The notes below the pieces were generated by a model. The model was not told the DNA's origin, did no database searches, and saw only the letters and a program-made list of their open reading frames with translations. A stretch of DNA of 64,000 nucleotides, from assembly GCA_023382715.1 (NCBI GenBank), contig JAHDWP010000003.1, positions 64,370 to 128,369 on the forward strand. The letters are read 5' to 3'. The position numbers were made by a program, and so were the translations under genes. The stretch is from Anaerolineae bacterium (GTDB taxonomy: Bacteria; Chloroflexota; Anaerolineae; Aggregatilineales; Aggregatilineaceae). This document shows positions 48,452 through 58,977 of this stretch, piece after piece (position 1 is the first letter of the stretch; the number at the start of each line of letters is the position of its first letter).

Positions 48452-49543
48452 ATGGCAACTATTGAACTGCAGAGAGTAGAGAAGAAATTCGGCGACCTGC
48501 ACGCCGTCAAGCCGATAGACCTGACCATCCACGACGGCGAGTTCGTCGTGCTGCTCGGCCCGTCGGGCTGTGGCAAGACGACCACGCTGCGCATGATCTC
48601 CGGCCTGGAGGCGGTCACCGGCGGGCGCATCCTGCTCAATAACCGCGACGTGACCTGGGCGCACCCCAGCGAGCGCGACATCGCTTTCGTCTTTCAGTTC
48701 TTCGCGCTCTACTCGCACATGAGCGTCCGCCAGAACATCGCCTTTCCGCTGCAAGCGCAGGGCGAATCCAGGGAGACAATCCGCCAGCGCGTGGCCGAAG
48801 TCGCCCGCCTGCTGGAGATCGGGCACGTGCTGGAAGCCAAGCCCGGCTCTCTCAGCGGCGGCGACCGCCAGCGCGTGGCCCTGGCCCGCGCCCTGGTGCG
48901 CCGGCCAGCGGCCTTCCTGATGGACGAGCCGCTCGGCGCGCTGGATGCCGAGTTCCGCGAGACGATGCGCGCCGAGATCAAGCGGCTGCATATCGAACAG
49001 CACGCCACCAGCGTCTACGTCACCCACGACCAGATCGAGGCCATGGCTATGGGCGACCGCATCGTGGTCATGTCCGACGCAGTGGTGCAGCAGGTCGGGA
49101 CGCCGGCCCAGGTCTATCACGACCCGGCCAACCTGTTCGTGGCGCGTTTTATCGGCAGCCCCGGCATGAACCTGCTCACAGGGCACTATGCCGGCGGCAC
49201 GGTGCGCGTGCGCGAGAACATGACCTACCAGGTGCCGGGCGACTGGGTCCCCGCGCTGGACAGGGCGCTGGATGGCGAAGGCGAGGTGATCCTCGGCTTC
49301 CGCCCCGAAGCGGCTGCCGTCAACAGCGAAGGGCTGCCCGCCACCGTCTATGCCACCGACCTGCTGGGTGGGTATACCATGCTGCACCTGGAGATTGGCG
49401 ACCACGAGATCGTCCATGCCCGCGCGGGCCGCGAGACGCACTACTCCATCGGCACGCCGGTGCGCTTTGCGCTCGACCCGGCGATGGTCCGTTTCTTCGA
49501 CCCCAAGACAGAGAAGGCGATCGTCCGGGAGGTGACCGCATGA
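48452..49543 (+). CDS. MalK/UgpC-type ABC transporter ATP-binding protein 1
   Basis: GPSGCGKTT Walker A, LSGGDRQRVALARA signature, C-terminal TOBE-like domain. Confidence 0.93.
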   Translation: MATIELQRVEKKFGDLHAVKPIDLTIHDGEFVVLLGPSGCGKTTTLRMISGLEAVTGGRILLNNRDVTWAHPSERDIAFVFQFFALYSHMSVRQNIAFPLQAQGESRETIRQRVAEVARLLEIGHVLEAKPGSLSGGDRQRVALARALVRRPAAFLMDEPLGALDAEFRETMRAEIKRLHIEQHATSVYVTHDQIEAMAMGDRIVVMSDAVVQQVGTPAQVYHDPANLFVARFIGSPGMNLLTGHYAGGTVRVRENMTYQVPGDWVPALDRALDGEGEVILGFRPEAAAVNSEGLPATVYATDLLGGYTMLHLEIGDHEIVHARAGRETHYSIGTPVRFALDPAMVRFFDPKTEKAIVREVTA

Positions 49544-50595
49544 GCGACGTGGCCTTGCAGAACATCACCAAGCGCTTTAAGGATGTCACGGCGCTGGACG
49601 ATGTATCCTTCTCGATCAAAGACGGTGAGTTCTTCGTGCTGCTGGGGCCGACCGGCGCGGGCAAGACGACCACGCTGCGCGTGCTGGCCGGGCTGGAAAA
49701 GCCGGACGCTGGCGCTGTGCTCTTCGACGGCGTGAACATCACCGACTTCACGCCCGCCGATCGCGACGTGGCCTTCGTCTTCCAGCAATACTCGCTCTAC
49801 CCGACGCGCACCGTCTACCAGAACCTGGCCTTCCCGCTGCGCTCGCCGCTGCGCAAATGGCCCAAGGATCGCATTGACCGGCGCGTGAAAGAAGTGGCTG
49901 AGAAGCTGCGCATCACCCATCTGTTGGAGCGCAAGACGGCCAATCTCTCCGGCGGGGAGATGCAGCGCGTCTCGCTGGGCCGCGCCCTGGTGCGCAGCCC
50001 GCGCGTTTTTCTGATGGACGAGCCGCTCAGCAACCTGGACGCCAAGCTGCGCGAGGCGCTGCGCATCGAGCTGCAGCACCTGCAGAAGACCGAGCGCAGC
50101 ACGACGCTCTTCGTCACTCACGATCAGGTCGAGGCGCTGACAATGGCCGACCGCATCGCCGTGCTCAACCAGGGGCGCATCGTGCAGATCGGCACGCCCG
50201 ACGACATCTACGACCGCCCGGTGACGACCTTCGTCGCCCAGCTTGTGGGCATCCCACGCATCAACCTGCTGCCCGCCACGCGCGAGAACGGCACTCTTCT
50301 CGTCGAAGACAGCGCCCTGCGCCTGGGCCTGCCGGAAGGGCCGACCGTCCCGCCGCGCTTCCTGCTGGGCATCCGCCCCGAAGATGTCAGGCTGGGCGCG
50401 GGCGGCGATCAGCGCGGCGAGGTCGTGCTGACCGAGCCATTGGGTGTTGAGACGGTCATCCACATCCAGTCTGGCAAGCAGACTGTGCTCAGCATCGTGC
50501 CGGGTATCACCGCCCTGAAGATCGGCGACACGATCTCGTTCAGCATCGTTCGCGAGCGCCTGCACTGCTTTGACCTGGACGGCGCGCGCTTGTGA
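49540..50595 (+). CDS. MalK/UgpC-type ABC transporter ATP-binding protein 2
   Basis: GPTGAGKTT Walker A, LSGGEMQRVSLGRA signature. 4-nt overlap with the preceding ATPase gene. Confidence 0.93.
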   Translation: MSDVALQNITKRFKDVTALDDVSFSIKDGEFFVLLGPTGAGKTTTLRVLAGLEKPDAGAVLFDGVNITDFTPADRDVAFVFQQYSLYPTRTVYQNLAFPLRSPLRKWPKDRIDRRVKEVAEKLRITHLLERKTANLSGGEMQRVSLGRALVRSPRVFLMDEPLSNLDAKLREALRIELQHLQKTERSTTLFVTHDQVEALTMADRIAVLNQGRIVQIGTPDDIYDRPVTTFVAQLVGIPRINLLPATRENGTLLVEDSALRLGLPEGPTVPPRFLLGIRPEDVRLGAGGDQRGEVVLTEPLGVETVIHIQSGKQTVLSIVPGITALKIGDTISFSIVRERLHCFDLDGARL

Positions 50596-50647
50596 CGCAC
50601 CGCTCATAAGCGGGTTTTTCGCAGTCAATAGTCAGGAGGACAGTCCT

Positions 50648-51496
50648 ATGAGGTTTGGAGTCAACGCCTGGGTATGGGTCTCGCCGCTGACCACTGAGGG
50701 AATCGCCGAGCTGGCCCCCAAGGTCAAGGCATTGGGCTTCGACTGGTTCGAAGTGCCGCTCGAGCTGACAGACAGCATTGATTACGCCCCCGCCGGGGCG
50801 ATCCTGCGTGACAACGGGCTGGGCGTCAGCGTGTGCGCGGCCATGGGGCCAGACCGCGATCTGATCCATCCCGACAAGGCCATCCGCGACAACGGCCTGG
50901 CCTATCTCAAGCACTGCGTGGATGCAGTGCGGGCGCTGGGCGGCACCAACGTCGCCGGCCCGCTCTACTCGGCAGTCGGGCGCGTCTGGCAGATGACCGC
51001 CGAAGAGCGCGCCCACGACACCGACCTGCTGGTGGCGCAACTGAAAGAACTGGCCGCCTATGCCGGGGACAAGGGCGCGGTGCTGGGCGTCGAGCCGCTC
51101 AACCGCTTCGAGACCAGCTTCATCAACCTGGCGGCGCAGGCCATCGAAGTGGTGGATCGCGTGGATCACCCTGCCTGTGGGATCATGCTGGACACGTTCC
51201 ACATGAACATCGAGGAGAAGTCGCTCGGCGACGCCATCCGCGCGACGGGCAAGCGCCTGGTTCACCTGCACGCCTGCGAGAACGATCGCGGCGCGCCCGG
51301 CAGCGGCAACGTCACCTGGGGCGAGGTCGCCGCCGCGCTGCGCGAGATCGGTTACGACGGCCCGGTGGTGATCGAGTCGTTCACCAGCAAGGTGCAGAGC
51401 ATCGCCCGTGCCGCCGCCATCTGGCGCCCACTGGCCGCCAGCCAGGACGCGCTGGCCGGGGACGGGGTGAAGTTCCTGAGGGCGCTGCTGGCGTGA
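50648..51496 (+). CDS. ketose 3-epimerase family protein (D-tagatose/D-psicose 3-epimerase-like TIM barrel)
   Basis: AGGAGGA precedes ATG 50648. EPLNRFE, MLDTFHMNIEEKSLGDAIRATG, HLHACENDRGAPGSG and VIESF match the metal and catalytic motifs of this family. Confidence 0.8.
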   Translation: MRFGVNAWVWVSPLTTEGIAELAPKVKALGFDWFEVPLELTDSIDYAPAGAILRDNGLGVSVCAAMGPDRDLIHPDKAIRDNGLAYLKHCVDAVRALGGTNVAGPLYSAVGRVWQMTAEERAHDTDLLVAQLKELAAYAGDKGAVLGVEPLNRFETSFINLAAQAIEVVDRVDHPACGIMLDTFHMNIEEKSLGDAIRATGKRLVHLHACENDRGAPGSGNVTWGEVAAALREIGYDGPVVIESFTSKVQSIARAAAIWRPLAASQDALAGDGVKFLRALLA

Positions 51497-51586
51497 GAGA
51501 GCGGTTGGATTTCGAAATTCGAAATTCAAGGCTCACCACCCAAAGTGCATGGCTTGTGATGTCGTGATACGAGGAGCATAGACTTT

Positions 51587-52699
51587 ATGGCTGAGAAGAA
51601 GATCAATGTCGCCATCGTCGGGCTGGGGTTTGGCGCGGAGTTCATCCCGATCTACCAGCACCACCCCCATACCCACATGTACGCCATCTGCCAGCGCACC
51701 GAAAGCCGCCTCAACGAAGTCGGCGATGCGTTCGGCGTGGAGAAACGCTACACCGACTACTACAAGCTGCTCGAAGACCCGAACATTGACGTAGTGCACA
51801 TCAACTCGCCCATCCACGAGCACGCCAGGATGAGTATCGCCGGGCTGAAGGCGGGCAAGCACGTCGCCTGCACCGTCCCCGCCGCGACCACCATTGACGA
51901 GCTGGAGCAGATCGTCGCCGCTCAGCGGGAATCCGGCAAGAAGTACATGATGATGGAGACCGTCATCTACTCGCGCGAATTCCTGTACGTCAAGGAGCTG
52001 TACTCAACGGGCAAGCTGGGGCGCATCCAATACCTGCGCGCCACGCACCAGCAGGAAATGCTCGGCTGGCCCGGCTATTGGGAAGGGCTGCCGCCCATGC
52101 ACTACGCCACGCACGTCGTCAGCCCGTGCCTGGCGCTGATCCGCAAGGACGCCGAGGCGGTGACCTGCTTCGGCTCCGGGCGCATTCAGGAATACCTGAT
52201 CCCCAAGTACAACTCGCCCTTCGCCATCGAAGCAGCCCAGATCGCGCTCAAGGACTCCGACGTGGTGGCTGAAGTGATGCGCTCGCTGTTCAACACGGCG
52301 CGCCAGTACCGCGAGAGCTTCGAGGTCTACGGCAGCAAGATGTCGTTCGAGTGGCCGCTGATCGAGCACCAGCCGCCGGTCGTGCACATCGGCGAGGCAC
52401 CGCACCTGGTGGACGTGCTCGACTACGCGCACCTGCTGCCAGAGCCGATCCAGCGCTTCACGACGAAGGGCGTTTATGGCGCAGAAGCGCAACACCTGTC
52501 GTTCATCCAGGGCGCGGGGCACGGCGGATCGCACCCGCACATGACGCACGAGTTCGTCATGAGCATCGTTGAGGATCGCGATCCGTTCCCGAACGCGCGC
52601 CAGTCGGCCAACTGGACGGCGGTGGGCATCCTGGCCCACGAGTCGGCCATGAAGGGCGGAGTCACGATCAAGCTGCCGACGTTCACGCTGTCGTCGTGA
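51587..52699 (+). CDS. Gfo/Idh/MocA-family oxidoreductase
   Basis: N-terminal Rossmann motif VAIVGLGFGAEF. 370 aa. Confidence 0.85.
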   Translation: MAEKKINVAIVGLGFGAEFIPIYQHHPHTHMYAICQRTESRLNEVGDAFGVEKRYTDYYKLLEDPNIDVVHINSPIHEHARMSIAGLKAGKHVACTVPAATTIDELEQIVAAQRESGKKYMMMETVIYSREFLYVKELYSTGKLGRIQYLRATHQQEMLGWPGYWEGLPPMHYATHVVSPCLALIRKDAEAVTCFGSGRIQEYLIPKYNSPFAIEAAQIALKDSDVVAEVMRSLFNTARQYRESFEVYGSKMSFEWPLIEHQPPVVHIGEAPHLVDVLDYAHLLPEPIQRFTTKGVYGAEAQHLSFIQGAGHGGSHPHMTHEFVMSIVEDRDPFPNARQSANWTAVGILAHESAMKGGVTIKLPTFTLSS

Positions 52700-52780
52700 C
52701 GCGCCCGGCGCGACGCTGTTGTCTACGCCCGGCGGGGGCGGGCCGTCTCCGCCGGGCTACCAAGCAGAGACGAAAAGACC

Positions 52781-53539
52781 ATGCGCAGAAGACTCGTTCG
52801 GATTGTCGTCCGGTTCGCCATAGCCATCGCGATCATCCTCGCCTTCGGCGGGCTGTTCAAGCTGTACACGGACGCGCAGCTTTCGGTCGAACAGCAGAAT
52901 GAGGTGCTGATCAAGGCTGTCCCCTTTGTCGCCGTCTTCGTGTCCATTGTCGTGGCCTTCGCCGGCGTGATCGTGCTGGTGGCGGTCTGGCTGGGAGGTC
53001 GCGTGCCCCCCCGCTCGTACCGGCCCATCGAGGCGATCATCATCGCGGGCATTCTGTTGGGCGTGCTGGGGCTGTTCCAGGGCTGGAAGCTGTTCTCCTA
53101 CCAGTACGGCTTTCTGCTGCTGCTGGCCTCGGTGGTGTCTTTCATGATCTGGAGCCACTTCGAGCCGCTGCCCCTCCGCGCGAGCAAGGCGCTGCCGCCG
53201 CTCAGCCGGCGCGCACACCTGATCGGGCTGGTGGCGGCGCTGGTCGCGTGGATCATCGTCGCTGCGCTGGTGATCCCGGCGTCGAAGCCGACAGAACCCT
53301 ACGGCTTCGGCCAGACGCTGTGGAACTTCAAGACCGACGAGGAGAAGGCGCAGATTCGTGACGACGCCGAAGATGAATTCCACACGGCCAAAGTCCCGGT
53401 GCTGGCCCTGATGAGCCTGCTGCCCGCCGGGCTGGTCTATTTCGCCGTGCGCGAGCTGGTGCCAGACGGGGCGCAGCCCTCGCTCGCTGCGCACAGCCAG
53501 ACGGTCCCGCCGGAGCAACTGGGCGCTTCGCCCGGCTGA
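52781..53539 (+). CDS. hypothetical integral membrane protein (about 6 TM), no family recognised
   Basis: Strongly periodic hydrophobic helices. The antisense ORF of equal length is Arg/His-rich and looks spurious. Confidence 0.65.
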   Translation: MRRRLVRIVVRFAIAIAIILAFGGLFKLYTDAQLSVEQQNEVLIKAVPFVAVFVSIVVAFAGVIVLVAVWLGGRVPPRSYRPIEAIIIAGILLGVLGLFQGWKLFSYQYGFLLLLASVVSFMIWSHFEPLPLRASKALPPLSRRAHLIGLVAALVAWIIVAALVIPASKPTEPYGFGQTLWNFKTDEEKAQIRDDAEDEFHTAKVPVLALMSLLPAGLVYFAVRELVPDGAQPSLAAHSQTVPPEQLGASPG

Positions 53540-53648
53540 GCAGCGCGCCGGCCCTGCAAAACGGTGATCGCCGGCGTCCGGCCATGGGCCGAGCGCCGCA
53601 GAGTCTGTGTTTGTTGGTTCTACGGATTAACAGAAAGGACTTTCTATT

Positions 53649-54650
53649 ATGGCTAGGCCAGTCACTATCTTCACCGGCCAGTGGGCCGATCTCCCCCTGG
53701 AAGTTGTGGCCGAGAAGGCCGCCAGCTTCGGTTATGACGGGTTGGAGCTTGCCTGCTGGGGCGATCATTTCGAGGTGGACAAGGCCCTGTCTCAGGACGG
53801 TTATACCCAGAGCCGCTGGGACATCCTGGCGAAGCACGGGCTGAAGTGCTTCGCCATCAGCACGCACCTGGTCGGCCAGTGCGTCGCCGACGCGCTGATT
53901 GACGAGCGCCACAAGTCCATCCTCCCGCCGCGCCTGTGGGGCGATGGCGATCCCGAAGGCGTGCGCCAGCGCTGTGCCCAGGAAGTGAAGGACACAGCCC
54001 GCGCCGCCAAGCTGTTCGGCGTCAATGTGGTCAACGGCTTCACCGGCAGCCCGGTGTGGCACCTGCTCTACTTCTTCCCCCCCACCACCGACGCCATGAT
54101 CGATCGCGGCTTCGAGGAGTTCGCTGCCCGCTGGCGACCGATCCTCGACGAGTTCGCGCGCGAAGATGTGCGCTTCGCCCTGGAATGTCACCCGGCGGAG
54201 ATCGCCTACGACATCTACACCGCCGAGCGGGCGCTCAAGGCGCTGGACTATCACAAGGCGTTCGGCTTCAACTTCGATCCCAGCCACTTCGTGCACCAGT
54301 TCTTCGACCCGGTCGAGTTCATCAACGCCTTCCCGGATCGCATCTTCCATGTGCACGTCAAGGACTCCAAAGTCCGCCTCTCCGGGCACAACAGCATTCT
54401 CGGCTCGCATCTCCAGTTCGGCGATCACCGGCGCGGCTGGAACTTCGTCTCGCCGGGCCATGGCGACGTGGACCTGCGCAACATTGTCCGCGCCCTGAAC
54501 CGCATTGGCTACAGCGGCCCGCTCTCCATCGAGTGGGAAGACAGCGGGATGGATCGCGAGCACGGCGCGCGCGAAGCGTGCGAAGTGACCCGCAAAGCGG
54601 ACTTCACGCCGTCGGCGGTCGCTTTTGACGCGGCATTCGCGGAAGAGTAG
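53649..54650 (+). CDS. xylose isomerase-like TIM-barrel protein (sugar phosphate isomerase/epimerase family)
   Basis: 333 aa. [38 protein letters not shown]-terminus and downstream HVHVKD and SIEWED metal-site contexts are typical of the AP-endonuclease-2/xylose-isomerase-like superfamily. Confidence 0.8.
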   Translation: MARPVTIFTGQWADLPLEVVAEKAASFGYDGLELACWGDHFEVDKALSQDGYTQSRWDILAKHGLKCFAISTHLVGQCVADALIDERHKSILPPRLWGDGDPEGVRQRCAQEVKDTARAAKLFGVNVVNGFTGSPVWHLLYFFPPTTDAMIDRGFEEFAARWRPILDEFAREDVRFALECHPAEIAYDIYTAERALKALDYHKAFGFNFDPSHFVHQFFDPVEFINAFPDRIFHVHVKDSKVRLSGHNSILGSHLQFGDHRRGWNFVSPGHGDVDLRNIVRALNRIGYSGPLSIEWEDSGMDREHGAREACEVTRKADFTPSAVAFDAAFAEE

Positions 54651-54669
54651 GCACGAGGGGATATGAACA

Positions 54670-55866
54670 ATGTCTGACGAAGTTGGGTTCATCAGCATGG
54701 CCGGGGCCAAAGCCGAGGGCGAGGCTCCGCAGATCGGGATCGGCATGTTGGGCTACGCCTTCATGGGCAAAGCCCACGCCAACGCCTTCAAGAAGATCCC
54801 CTACATCATGTATCCGCCGGTGGCCATCCCGCGCCTGGTCGCCATCTGTGGGCGCAATGAGGAAGCGGTGTCCGAGGCGGCCCGCCGCTATGGGTACGAG
54901 AAGTACTATACCGACTGGCGCAAAATGCTCGAAGACCCCGAAATCCAGGTTTTCGATAACGGCGGCCCGAACGACATGCACGCCGAGCCGTGCATCGCCG
55001 CCGCCCAGGCCGGCAAGCACGTTTTCTCTGAGAAGCCGCTGGCTCGCAGCGCCGAAGAAGCCAGGCGGATGCTCGACGCCGTGCAGCAGGCGGGCGTCAA
55101 GCACCAGGTGGCCTTCAACTACCGCTTCGTGCCGGCGGTCGTCCAGGCGCGCAAGCTGATCGAAAGCGGGGCGCTGGGCCGCATCTACCACTGGCGCGCC
55201 GTCTATCTGCAGGAATGGGGCATGGACCCCAAGATGCCGACAAGCTGGCGCTTCCAGAAGCCCATCGCCGGCAGCGGCGCGCTGGGCGACCTGGGCGCGC
55301 ACATCATTGACCTGGCCCGCTTCCTGGTCGGCGAGCCAACCCGCGTCATGGGCATGACTCAGAACTGGCTGAAGGAGCGTCCTTCGGGCAGCGACCCGTC
55401 GCAGATGGTGCCCTCGGACGTGGATGATGCGTTCGTGGCGCTCTTCGACTTCGAAGGCGGGGCGCTGGGCACGATGGAAGCGTCGCGCTTCGCCCAGGGG
55501 CACAAGAACTACAACAGTTTCGAGATCAACGCTCAGAACGGCTCGATCCGCTTCAACCTGGAGCGGCTCAACGAGCTGGAAGTCTTCTGGGCCAACGAGG
55601 AGCCGCGGGAGACGCGCGGCTTCCACACGGCGCTGATCAGCGAGGGCTTCCACCCTTACTGGTCCAACTGGTGGCCGCACGGTCACATGATCGGCTGGGA
55701 GCACAGCTTCATCCACGAGTTCAACCATTTCTTCGGCGCTATCGTCCACAACACGGACGTGGCGCCCTATGGTGCGACCTTCGTGGACGGCTACCGCAAC
55801 GCCGTGATCTGCGACGCCATCGTCGCTTCGGCGGCCAGCGGGCGCGCAGTGGACATCAAGTACTAA
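54670..55866 (+). CDS. Gfo/Idh/MocA-family oxidoreductase (sugar dehydrogenase-like)
   Basis: IGIGMLGYAFMGKAHANAF Rossmann motif, EKPLA motif, SWRFQKPIAGSGALGDLGAHIIDLARFLVGE C-terminal domain. Confidence 0.85.
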   Translation: MSDEVGFISMAGAKAEGEAPQIGIGMLGYAFMGKAHANAFKKIPYIMYPPVAIPRLVAICGRNEEAVSEAARRYGYEKYYTDWRKMLEDPEIQVFDNGGPNDMHAEPCIAAAQAGKHVFSEKPLARSAEEARRMLDAVQQAGVKHQVAFNYRFVPAVVQARKLIESGALGRIYHWRAVYLQEWGMDPKMPTSWRFQKPIAGSGALGDLGAHIIDLARFLVGEPTRVMGMTQNWLKERPSGSDPSQMVPSDVDDAFVALFDFEGGALGTMEASRFAQGHKNYNSFEINAQNGSIRFNLERLNELEVFWANEEPRETRGFHTALISEGFHPYWSNWWPHGHMIGWEHSFIHEFNHFFGAIVHNTDVAPYGATFVDGYRNAVICDAIVASAASGRAVDIKY

Positions 55867-55919
55867 TCTGTCCGGCTGCCGCGAGCCGGCAATGATCGCT
55901 CTGGCGCACGGCTTGGGCA

Positions 55920-55941
55920 GGGGCGTATGGCCATACGCCCC
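55920..55941. repeat. family D repeat, perfect 22-nt palindrome GGGGCGTATGGCCATACGCCCC
   Basis: Self-complementary. Relatives at 21735 and 62243. Confidence 0.85.
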
Positions 55942-56008
55942 ACCGGATTGCGGTTCAGGGACGGACAGGTATCAGGGTTGGCTTTTGGTCTGGAAAGCTT
56001 TTTCGCTT

Positions 56009-56104
56009 TACCTCACCCCCAGCCTTGCTGCGCTCGGCTTGCCCCCTCTCCATGCATGGAGAGGGGGCGGCGAGGCGCGTTAGCGCCGAGCGGGGGGTGA
56101 GGTA
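56009..56104. repeat. family B nested palindromic repeat (long form)
   Basis: TACCTCACCCCC...GCCCCCTCTCCATGCATGGAGAGGGGGC...GGGGGGTGAGGTA. Outer and inner stems both intact. Confidence 0.88.
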
Positions 56105-56178
56105 AAGCAGGGACGCACGTCCCCTCTTCTGCAATCCCTGCCGGGCAGCGCGCTGACCATAGCGGCAAGATTCATGAC

Positions 56179-57363
<1,185 letters not shown>

Positions 57364-57371
57364 GAGGGACT

Positions 57372-58862
57372 ATGCGCACGCTACTCGGTCTTGATGTCAG
57401 CACGACCGGCTCTAAGGCGCTGCTGATTGACGAGCGGGGCGAGGTGGTCGCCAGCCACACGACGCCGCACCCCATCAGCCAGCCGTTCCCGCTGTGGAGC
57501 GAGCAAGACCCGGCGGATTGGTGGAACGGCATGGTCGCCTCGATCCGCGCGGTGCTGGCCCAGACCGGCGCCGCCGCCACGATCCAGGCCATCGGCCTGA
57601 CCGGGCAGATGCACGGCCTGGTCTGCCTGGACGAGCGCGACGAGGTGCTGCGCCCGGCCATCCTGTGGAACGATCAGCGCACGCAGGCGCAGTGCGACAC
57701 GATCACCGCAACCATCGGCGCGACGCGCCTGATCCAGCTCACCGGCAACCGTGCTCTGACCGGCTTCACCGCGCCCAAGATTCTGTGGGTGCGCGAGCAC
57801 GAGCCACAGGTCTACGCGCGCATCCGCCACATCCTGCTGCCCAAAGACTTCATCCGCTTCAGGCTGACCGGCGACCATCACACCGACCTGGCCGGGGCGG
57901 CGGGCACGCTGCTGCTCGATGTCGCCCACCGCCGCTGGTCGGATACAGTGCTGGCCGCGCTGGACATCCCCGCCGCCTGGCTGCCCAAAGTTCACGAGGG
58001 GCCGCAGGTGACCGGCGTGGTCAGCGAGGAGTCCGCCGCGCTGACCGGCCTGCGGGCGGGCACGCCCGTCGTCGGCGGGGGCGGCGACCAGGCAGCCCAG
58101 GCGACCGGCGTGGGGGCCGTGCAGCCGGGCATCGTCGCCCTGACGGTGGGCACATCGGGCGTGGTCTTCGCGCCGCTGGCCAGCTATGCCTACGAGCCGG
58201 ACGGGCGGCTGCACGCCTTCTGCCACGCCGTGCCGGGCCAGTGGCACTTCATGGGCGTCATGCTCAGCGCGGCGGGCAGCCTGCAATGGTACCGCGACAC
58301 GCTGGCGCCGGGCGCAGACTTCGGCGCGCTGACCGACGAGGCGGAGCAAGCCCCGCCCGGCTGCGAAGGGCTGCTCTTCCTGCCCTACCTGACCGGCGAG
58401 CGCACGCCACACCCCGACCCGCTGGCGCGCGGTGCGTTCGTCGGGCTGACGGCGCGCCACGCGCGCGCTCACCTGACGCGCGCCGTGCTGGAGGGCGTGG
58501 CCTTTGGCCTGCGCGACAGCTTTGAGCTGATCAAAGCCAGCCCTGCCGGGGTGATCCACGAGGTGCGCGTGAGCGGTGGCGGAGCCAGGAGCCTGCTGTG
58601 GCGGCAGATCATGGCCGATGTGCTGGGTGTGCCGCTGGTGGTGACCGAAGCGATCGAGGGGGCGGCCTATGGTGCGGCGCTGCTGGCCGGGGTGGGCGGC
58701 ACCGTGTGGCCGGACGTCCAGACGGCGGCCAGCGAAGCGGTCAAGACCGGCGCGCGCGTCGAGCCGGGCGCGGATGCCGGAGCCTACGAGGCGACCTACC
58801 AGCTTTACCGCGATCTCTACCCGCTGCTCAAGCCGGCCTTCGACCGCCAGGCGGCGCTCTGA
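57372..58862 (+). CDS. xylB: xylulokinase (FGGY family)
   Basis: LGLDVSTTGSKALLID N-terminus, GLTGQMHG, and FGGY C-terminal motifs. Follows xylA. Confidence 0.92.
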   Translation: MRTLLGLDVSTTGSKALLIDERGEVVASHTTPHPISQPFPLWSEQDPADWWNGMVASIRAVLAQTGAAATIQAIGLTGQMHGLVCLDERDEVLRPAILWNDQRTQAQCDTITATIGATRLIQLTGNRALTGFTAPKILWVREHEPQVYARIRHILLPKDFIRFRLTGDHHTDLAGAAGTLLLDVAHRRWSDTVLAALDIPAAWLPKVHEGPQVTGVVSEESAALTGLRAGTPVVGGGGDQAAQATGVGAVQPGIVALTVGTSGVVFAPLASYAYEPDGRLHAFCHAVPGQWHFMGVMLSAAGSLQWYRDTLAPGADFGALTDEAEQAPPGCEGLLFLPYLTGERTPHPDPLARGAFVGLTARHARAHLTRAVLEGVAFGLRDSFELIKASPAGVIHEVRVSGGGARSLLWRQIMADVLGVPLVVTEAIEGAAYGAALLAGVGGTVWPDVQTAASEAVKTGARVEPGADAGAYEATYQLYRDLYPLLKPAFDRQAAL

Positions 58863-58883
58863 TGGGTGGGTGAAACAACACCA

Positions 58884-58920
58884 CGCGCGCCACGAGCAGC
58901 GATTGTGCTCATGGCGCGCG
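58884..58920. terminator. 15-bp stem-loop between the convergent xylB and hydrolase genes; a second 8-bp hairpin lies at 58938-58958
   Basis: CGCGCGCCACGAGCA-gcgattg-TGCTCATGGCGCGCG (one mismatch), followed by ttctat. Confidence 0.5.
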
Positions 58921-58977
58921 TTCTATAGCCCTCTTGTCCCCCTGCTTGCGGCAGGGGGCGGCAATATCCGGGGAAGG

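Noticed and set aside
51509-51527. ATTTCGAAATTCGAAATTC motif between the epimerase and oxidoreductase genes as an operator
   Set aside because: A single short AT-rich palindrome or direct repeat sharing only the TTTCGAAA core with family A loops. The evidence is insufficient to call it a binding site.
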